DNA of 58,187 nt from Octopus sinensis (Eukaryota). The notes under the pieces are model-generated. The model was given only the letters and a program-made list of their open reading frames with translations. It made no database searches and was not told where the DNA came from. Position 1 is the first letter of the stretch, and each line of letters begins with the position of its first letter. Positions 50,447 to 58,187 of this stretch are shown piece by piece. The DNA is taken from NCBI RefSeq assembly GCF_006345805.1, contig NW_021833643.1, positions 1 through 58,187 of the forward strand, in the 5' to 3' direction. The position numbers were made by a program, and so were the translations under genes.

Positions 50447-50799
50447 ATAGTGTACAGGTCATAAGAATTATTGAATAGAGATATCGTGGAGTGCTTGTTG
50501 AAGATACACAGTTGGAGAGTAATAAGAGAACATCAGAAACATTTGATATTATAACAGTAACGATGAGAAGTCATACATCATATCAAGTTCTTCTAGCACC
50601 TTTTTGATCAAAAGAGGAAACTGCAGAGACACCTGTACAGCTCTAAGACACATTTGTATCTAAGAAACAATTTTATAAACCACACAACTTATCCAACAAA
50701 CAAACACTGCTTCATTCTGTAAATTCAGTTTATTTATTTCCCCACTTTCTTTCCAAATCTCCTTCTCTATCTCCCATTCTTTCACTCACTTTCAGCATT

Positions 50800-51178
50800 G
50801 TTACATCCACCTTAGCAAAAGCAGAGGTATTGTTTTCAGTCATATTTGTTTGTTTGTCTGTATGTTTGTCCGTGCACAAGATATCTCAAGAACTGCTGGA
50901 TGGATTCACATGAAACTTTCAGGCATGTTTGGCCTCATGACTGGCACAGTCACATTAGATTTTGGGATCAATCCAGTACCAGACAAGGATTCTGGATTAT
51001 TTTTCCAGTTTTTATACTTAATTTTTGAGAATGGTCAGGTTCATTTTCAGTATTCCCATTTGTGAGAGCAGTCAAGTTTATTTCAGATATTCTCATTTCA
51101 AAAATCATCTCTGGTTAATCGTTGAGAGGGCATTGGTGTTATCTTGGCAGAGGTTTGCGCTCTCTGAATGCTCTTGTT
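50800..51178 (+). mobile_element. Helentron/DINE-1-like non-autonomous element
   Basis: Subterminal IR (atccacc...ggcagagg), GTTT/GTCT microsatellite, 3' stem-loop gcgctctctgaatgc. Confidence 0.6.
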
Positions 51179-51499
51179 ATTTGTGCTTTTACTGCTTTGG
51201 GTGCCCATAAAAGAAAAGATTTATTTATCCCAACAATGTATAAGCCACCAAGTGATCGAGCATTGCTTTTCCAAATGCAAATGTATCAATTTCCTGTCAA
51301 GCCATATTTTGGTTTCCACACTAACAAAGCTCAATGCAAAATGCTTTCAGAGTTTGAAACAATGAATACTTCTCTCGTGGTCAGTTTTATGCAGTTATGT
51401 CCAGAGAAGAAAATGAAAATGGATCTTTTGTAGAGAAAAACAGAAAGAACAATACTTGACCAATAGCTTGTTTAACATTGTGTTTTAAAGAAAAAGAAA

Positions 51500-51548
51500 G
51501 AGAGAGAAAGATGGACAGAGAGAGAGAGAGAGAGAGAGAAAGACGGAC

Positions 51549-51601
<53 letters not shown>

Positions 51602-51780
51602 AAGACGGACAGAGCGAGAGAGAAAAACAGAGAGAGAGAGAGAGAAAGGCGGACAGAGAGAGAGAGAGAGAGAGAAAGACAGAAAGAGAGAGAGAAAGAC
51701 AGACAGAGAGAGAGAGAAAGACGGACAGAGAGAGAGAGAGAAAGACAGAGGGAGAGAGAGAGAGAGAGAGAGAGAAAGAA
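51500..51780. repeat. (GA)n array with AAGAC(G)GAC interruptions
   Basis: Direct reading. Confidence 0.95.
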
Positions 51781-52627
51781 ATATATAACTTCTTATGAAA
51801 AATGTGATGAATAACAGTGACTGCTTTTACTCATTTGCATATCAATGCATTCATCAGATTCCTCTTAATTGGCAACACAGCAATGTGTTAATGAATATGT
51901 TGTAAATAAATACGTTTTCAATTGTTGTAAGCTACTCTCTCTCTCTCTCTTTCTCTTTCTCTGTTATAGACGAAAAAAACAGTCTTCACGATCCAGTAAT
52001 GACCAAACATAATTATTTTTGTTGAGTGCCTGAGTGATAAGAAGCTTGCTTCCCAACCACATGGTTTCAGGTTCAGTCCCAGTGCATGGCACCTTGAGCA
52101 GACCAAAGCCTTGTGAGTGGATCTGGTATATGGAAACTGAAAGAAGCCCATTGGCAGTGCTCCAACATGGCCGTAATCCAATGACTGAAACAGGTAAACG
52201 GTCAAAGGTTATCCAGAGACAGGCCTGTGGTTTAACCACAATGTGTAAATTTTAGTGTAATTTTCAAGTAAAATCCATGACACACACAGTGTGATAAGGA
52301 TGGATGCTCAAATTCTTGTTACAGCTCAAATGATGGGCTTCTATATTTTCTATCCTTTCAATGTCAATTCCATGGTCTGGGTTGATACTAGTCTATAGTG
52401 ATAGACATTAAGCAAAGCTGTCATCAAGTGTGATTGAAATCAAGACTATATGATTGCAAAGTGAACTTTTTAACCACTCATCAAAGCCTCCACACACACA
52501 CACAAATACACACAACCACATGGCATTTTCAGAAAATCTGTAAGATCAAGTGACAGGTCATGACACTCACTACAGAACTGCATGTTATGTATACATATAT
52601 ATGTGAATATATGTGTGTATAAGGTGA

Positions 52628-52895
52628 ATGCGAGAGAGAGAGAGGAGAAATCTTAGAGGAGGGATCAAGAGTGAGAGAGAGAGAGAGGAGAAATCTTAGA
52701 AGAGGGATCAAGAGTGAGAGAGAGAGAGGAGAAATCTTAGAGGAGGGATCAAGAGTGAGAGAGAGAGAGGAGAAATCTTAGAAGAGGGATCAAGAGTGAG
52801 AGAGAGAGAGAGGAGAAATCTTAGAAGAGGGATCAAGAGTGAGAGAGAGAGAGAGGAGAAATCTTAGAGGAGGTATCAAGAGTGAGAGAGAGAGA
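52628..52895 (+). repeat. Minisatellite, about 37-39-bp unit (gagagagaggagaaatcttaga(g/a)gagggatcaagagt)
   Basis: About 7 copies; purine-only strand bias. Confidence 0.92.
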
Positions 52896-53462
52896 TTTCT
52901 ACATATGGCCAAAACCAAACAGCAAATACAAGAAAGACAATAGGAAGAAGGAACCAAACCCAATGACCATTGAAACAATGCAAAGATATAATAAACAAAA
53001 ATACAAGACGAAATAAAAACAACAACAACAACGACAGGCAGACAGACAGACACTGATAGAATGACAAACAAACAAAGGTCAGAGAAGCAGGTGAATGCAC
53101 ATATAAGTAAAAAAAAATACAAAAAGAAACACAATAAAAAAAAAACTTTAGAGTGCTGAGTAAGGCATGTAAAATTTGTAGTTTTTTGTGGTTAACTCAA
53201 CTATTTAGAAAAGCAAAAAAAAAACAAAAAAAAATAATGTCATCGGCAATGAATAATAGAACAATAGGATAATTGAAGCAGTCGATTATTTTGTAAAAAG
53301 TATCATTCTTCTGCAAGACTCGTTTTCTAATTATGCACAATTACAATTAACACACTGGGTTTCTGCTCTGTCTAATTTACAGCTTTTATTTTATTTTATT
53401 TTTTTGCAGATCCTTTCTTTTTCCTTTTTTTTTTTTCTTACAGAATAGTTTCCTTTCTTTAA

Positions 53463-54054
53463 CCCTTTAGTATTCGAATTATTCTAGCAAAAGTGATGGC
53501 TATTTATCCACCACATTGTTTTGAATAGGAGTGGCTGTGTGGTAAGTAGCTTGCTTACCAACCAACCACATGGTTCCGGGTTCAGTCCCACTGAGTGGCA
53601 CCTTGGGCAAGTGTCTTTTACAATAGCTTCGGGCCAACCAAAGCCTTGTGAGTGGATTTGGTAGACGGAAACTGAAAAGAAGCCTGTCGCATATATGTAT
53701 ATGTTTGTGTGTGTGTGTGTTTGTGTGTGTGTTTGTCCCCGCAACATTGCTTGACAACCGATGCTGGTGTATTTACGTCCCAGTAACTTAGCAGTTCGGC
53801 AAAAGAGACTGTTAGAATATGTACTAGGCTTACAAAGAATAAGTCCTGGGGTCGATTTGCTCAACTAAAGGTGGTGCTCCAGCATGACCGCAGTCAAATA
53901 ATTGAAACAAGTAAAAGAGTAAAGAGAGTATTACCTTATAGCATTGAAATTTTGACTGCGTGACTATAATTTTTAGACTAACATTGTAAGGTAGGTGCAA
54001 GAGGCTGGAACTGGTCAGTTTTGGCCGGATATGGCTGAAGTAAATGCTTAAGGG
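53463..54054. mobile_element. piggyBac-like MITE carrying a nested SINE A
   Basis: TTAA|CCCTTTAGTATT...AATGCTTAAGGG|TTAA; a similar right end at about 5640-5758. Confidence 0.65.
53528..53930 (+). mobile_element. SINE A nested in a piggyBac-like MITE
   Basis: Near-consensus. Confidence 0.88.
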
Positions 54055-54413
54055 TTAAACAAACTTCCATCCCCCTTTTCTTTTTTTTTTTACCAAAGTT
54101 TCTCTTTATACTACATAGTTCTTCTTTCCTTTATTCTTTTGTATACACTAACCACTGTTTTCTGTTTCATGCATTGTTCCATTCTGTTCTACATACGGTA
54201 CACTTTCTTTAGGTTTTGGGGTTTTCTTAGTTTTTACTTTTGCACAAGCTGACATGACATGGAGGTAGTTCACCTCTTAACCACATGGTTTCAGGTTCAA
54301 TTCCACTGCATGGCACCTTCAGCAAGTACCTTCTACTATAGCTTCAAGCTGACCAAAACCTTATGAATGAATCTGGCAGAAGGAAACTGAAAGGATCCTA
54401 TCGATGTATGCAT

Positions 54414-54955
54414 ATCATCATCATCATCATCGTTTAACATCCGTTTTCCGTGCTAGCACGGGCTGGATGGTTCGACTGGGGTCTGAGAAACCAGGGGGCT
54501 GCACCAGGCTCTAGTCTGATCTGGCAGAGTTTCTACAGCTGGATGCCCTTCCTAACGCCAACCACTCTGAGAGTGTAGTGGGTGCTTTTTACATGCCACC
54601 AGCACAGGTGCCAGGGGAGGCTGGCAGCGGTCACAATCAGTTGGTGCTTTTTACATGCCACTGGCACAGAAGCCAGTCAAGGCTGCGCTGGCATTAGCCA
54701 TGTTCGGATGGTGCTTTTTACGTGTCACCGGCACATGTATCACAACTACTATTTCCATTTGATATTTATTTCGATGTTGATGTACTTGACTCAATAGGTC
54801 TCCTCAAGCACAGCAGGTCATGTGCCACCGGCACTGAAGCCAGTCAAGGCAGCACTGGCTTTGGCTACATTTGGATGGTGCTTTTTACATGCCACTGGTA
54901 CAGGTATCACAACTACAATTTCCATTTGATATTTATTTTGATGTTGATGTACTAC
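54414..54955 (-). mobile_element. RTE 3' UTR/tail with duplicated UTR block
   Basis: (CAT)n, family core, two atcacaactac..atttccatttgatatt blocks. Confidence 0.8.
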
Positions 54956-55343
54956 GTCATATATATATGACGAGAGGAAGAGATAGAATGACAGACAAGC
55001 AATCATTGACAGGGAAGTAGACCACTCCTAAACGCTAACGCGATATCCATTACACATTCTGATGTATCTTCACAGCCATGTTCCTTTCCATGAAGATTAT
55101 ATGGTCACGTGATTAAACAATGAAATCACATCACATAATCAAAGGTGATTTGTTTCACAGTATCATTTATACACTTGGGGTTTTGGGGGGGTTTTTTTTA
55201 CCGTTTCCTTTTTTTAGGCTTTTGTTTTGTTTTTTGTTGGCAGGGGAGAGGGTTTTTTTTTTCATTCCTCATTGCTTGTATATTTGCATGTGCAGGGATT
55301 TTTTCGTCTTTTACATGTTGAATCTTTTACATGAAAACATTAA

Positions 55344-55752
55344 GGCGCAGGAGTGGCTGTGTGGTAAGTAGCTTGCTTACCAACCGCATGGTTTCGGGTT
55401 CAGTCCCACCGCGTGGGCATCTTGGGCAATTGTCTTCTGCTATAGCCTCGGGCCGACCAAAGCCTTGTGAGTGGATTTGGTAGACGGAAACTGAAAGAAG
55501 CCCGTCGTATATATGTATATGTATGTGTGTGTGTGAGTGTATGTTTGTGTGCCTGTCCCCCTACCATTGCTTGACAACCGATGCTGGTGTGTTTATGTCC
55601 CCGTCACTTAGCGGTTCGGCAAAAGAGACCGATAGAATAAGTACTGGGCTTACAAAGAATAAGTCCCGGGGTCGAGTTGCTCGACCAAAGGCGGTGCTCC
55701 AGCATGGCCGCAGTCAACTGACTGAAACAAGTAAAAGAGTAAAAAAGTAAAA
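55344..55752 (+). mobile_element. SINE A, full length, young
   Basis: CpG-rich, near-consensus. Confidence 0.9.
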
Positions 55753-56472
55753 GATTAAATTTATGATCATTAAGTGAAAAAAAAAAGACAGTTGCTAGAA
55801 TTCTCTCTGTGACTCTCTCTGTGCTATGTACATATCATCATGATGTGCTTTTACATCACTGCCAGTGCCGGAAAAGCCCATGTTACTTTGTTATTCTGTT
55901 TGATCAGGCTAAACAAGCAGTGTGTAGCAACTTAAACATTTGAAGCAATATGGCAAACTAGTTAAATTAAGCCAACAGGCTTGATACGTCAAGCATCAGC
56001 CTTTTATGGACCATTCACATATATTATGTTGAAATAGCCCCAGCCTAAAATATCAGAATTCATCTCTCCTTACAAAGAACAAATTTATCTTATTTCACAT
56101 CTCCCTTTAACTTGTTTCACTCATTGGACTGCAGCCACGCTGGAGTACCACTCTGAAGAGCTTAGTTAAATAAACTGACCCGAGAACTTATAATTTAATA
56201 TTGATATTTATTCTATCAGTCAGTTCTACCAAACAGATAGGTCATGGGCATGTTAAAAGTGAATGGAAAAACACAAAGACACACACATATACATATCTAG
56301 CTAACAAACTAATGATGGCTTAGCTGGCTGGAACTTCGAAGTCACTGTCAATAACATTCTTGTATAAGAATAATAATTTGTACTCTCTAACAAAGTATAT
56401 AGAGTAACCCCTCAGATTAATGTAAGATTGGTTTTATTAGAACTGAACATAAAAACAAACATTATATATTTT

Positions 56473-56506
<34 letters not shown>

Positions 56507-56519
56507 AATATATATACAT

Positions 56520-56850
56520 AAAAAGCGCCCAATACACTTCCGAGTGGTTGGCGTTAGGAAGAGCATCCAGCTGTAGAAACACTGCCAGATCAAGATTGGA
56601 GCCTGGTGCAGCCATGGTTCGCCAGCCCTCAGTCAAAATCGTCCGACCCATGCTAGCATGGAAAGCGGACGTTAAACGATGATGATGATGTGTGTGTGTG
56701 TGTGTATCATCATCATCATTGTTTAACGTCCACCTTCCATGCTGGCATGAGTTGGAAGGTTTGACTGAGGACTGGCTAGGCAGAAGACTACACCAGGCTT
56801 CAGTGTCCGTTTTGGTATAGTTTTTATAGCTGGATGCCCTTCCTAATACC
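56520..56850. mobile_element. Two RTE tails in tail-to-tail inverted orientation (56520-56690 +, 56706-56850 -)
   Basis: (GAT)n and (CAT)n tails face each other across (TG)n. Confidence 0.75.
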
Positions 56851-56889
56851 AAGGAGGAACTTTTTAAAAGTAAAGTGCCGTTATTTCTG

Positions 56890-57455
56890 TTATTACCTCT
56901 ACCTTAGTGAAGGCAGAGGTATTGTTTTCAGTTGTGTTTGTTTCTTTGATCATGGACAAGATATTTCAAGAACTTTTAGATGGATTCGGATGAAACTTTC
57001 AGTGATGTTTGCCCTCATGACTGGCACAAACTGATTAGGTTTTGGGATCGATTTGGTGCTGGACAAGGATTCTGGATTATTTTTCCTGTTTTTTTACTTA
57101 ATTTTTTAGAGTGGTCTGGTTTATTTTTAGTATTCTCGTTTGTGAGGACAGTCGAGCTTACCATCCGATCGTAGCCGTTCGCCAGCCTCGTCTGGCACCT
57201 GTGTCGGTGGCACATAAAATCACCCACTACACTCTCGGAGTGGTTGGCGTTAGGAAGGGCATCCAGCTGTAGAAACACTGCCAGATCTGACTGGCCTGGT
57301 GCAGCCTTCGGGCTTGCCAGACCCCAGTTGAACCGTCCAACCCATGCTAGCATGGAAAGCAGACATTAAACGATGATGATGATAATCTCTAGCTAATCAT
57401 TGAGAGGACGCTGGTGTTGCTTTGGCGGAGGTTTGTGCTCTTTGAGTGCTCTTGT
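56890..57455 (+). mobile_element. Second Helentron-like copy, interrupted by an RTE tail (57161-57383)
   Basis: Aligns to 50800-51178 on both sides of the insert. Confidence 0.6.
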
Positions 57456-57486
57456 TATTATTGTTACTATTATTATTATTATTATA

Positions 57487-57700
57487 AGGCAGCAAGCTGG
57501 CAGAATTGGTAGCATACCAGGAAAAAAACATAGCAGCATTTCATCTGTCACTACATTCTGAGTTCAAATTCCACCAAGGTCAACCTTGTCTTTCATCCTT
57601 TTGGGGTAGATAAATTAAGTACCAGTGGAGTACTGGGGTCGATGTAATCGACTGGTCCCCTCCCAATAATTTCAGATCTTGTGCCAAGTAGAAAGGATTA
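57487..57700 (+). mobile_element. SINE B variant
   Basis: Head and core; follows an (ATT)n run. Confidence 0.75.
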
Positions 57701-58187
57701 TTATTATTGTTGTTGTTGTTGTTATTGCTGCTGCTGTTGTTGCCCTAGTAGTTAGAGTATTGCACTCATGGTTTCAAAATCATGGTTTCTATTCCTAGAT
57801 TGGGTAGTGCATTGTGTTCTTGAGCAAGACACTCCATCTCATTTTGCTCAGCGATCACTTCGACACCTGTTCAAACATATCAATTTGATGGAGTGAGGTG
57901 AGCTAATGTCAAGGTTAACTTTGCCTTTCATCCTTTCGGGCTCGATACATTAAGTACCAGTTGCATACTGGGGTTGATCTAATCACTAGCCCCTCCCCCA
58001 AAACTCCAGGCCTTGTGCCTGTATAGTAGAAAGAATTATTATTATATTAGTTGAGTAAGAAAACTGAGTGCTCAACTGTTCCATTCGGCAAAAAAGTTGC
58101 AAGGCTCCAGCAGGTCTAAAGAGACACATTCGTGTCCATAGAATATGATTAATGCTTTGTTTACAGAACCCTCTTTGTCATTCACGA

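Overview
AT-rich, repeat-dominated eukaryotic DNA, most likely coleoid cephalopod (Octopus-like). That assignment is an inference from the SINE/RTE/microsatellite content and TTAGGG repeats. Most listed ORFs are microsatellite or repeat artefacts. One real protein-coding gene is reconstructable on the minus strand. Its exons are 34829-34940, 28346-28462 and 24774-25220 (a complete Methyltransf_FA/FAMeT-like domain), plus two candidate frame-preserving microexons (29995-30009, 16401-16421). The rest is roughly 25 copies of tRNA-head SINE family A, about 10 of family B and several of family C, about 20 RTE-LINE 3' ends, three LINE ORF remnants (one with a PHD finger inside its RT), non-autonomous Helitrons/Helentrons and several MITEs. 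Best observations: (1) four hammerhead-ribozyme motifs in (TA)n-embedded, Penelope-like remnants, two of them forming a 161-bp palindrome just upstream of the FAMeT exon; (2) a foldback element with 8-bp TSD and inverted telomeric repeats; (3) a tandem duplication whose junction SINE is a recombinant of its two neighbours. All calls were made by eye. Exon, ribozyme and TIR coordinates were counted base by base; SINE, LINE and satellite boundaries are approximate. Family names A, B and C are my working labels.
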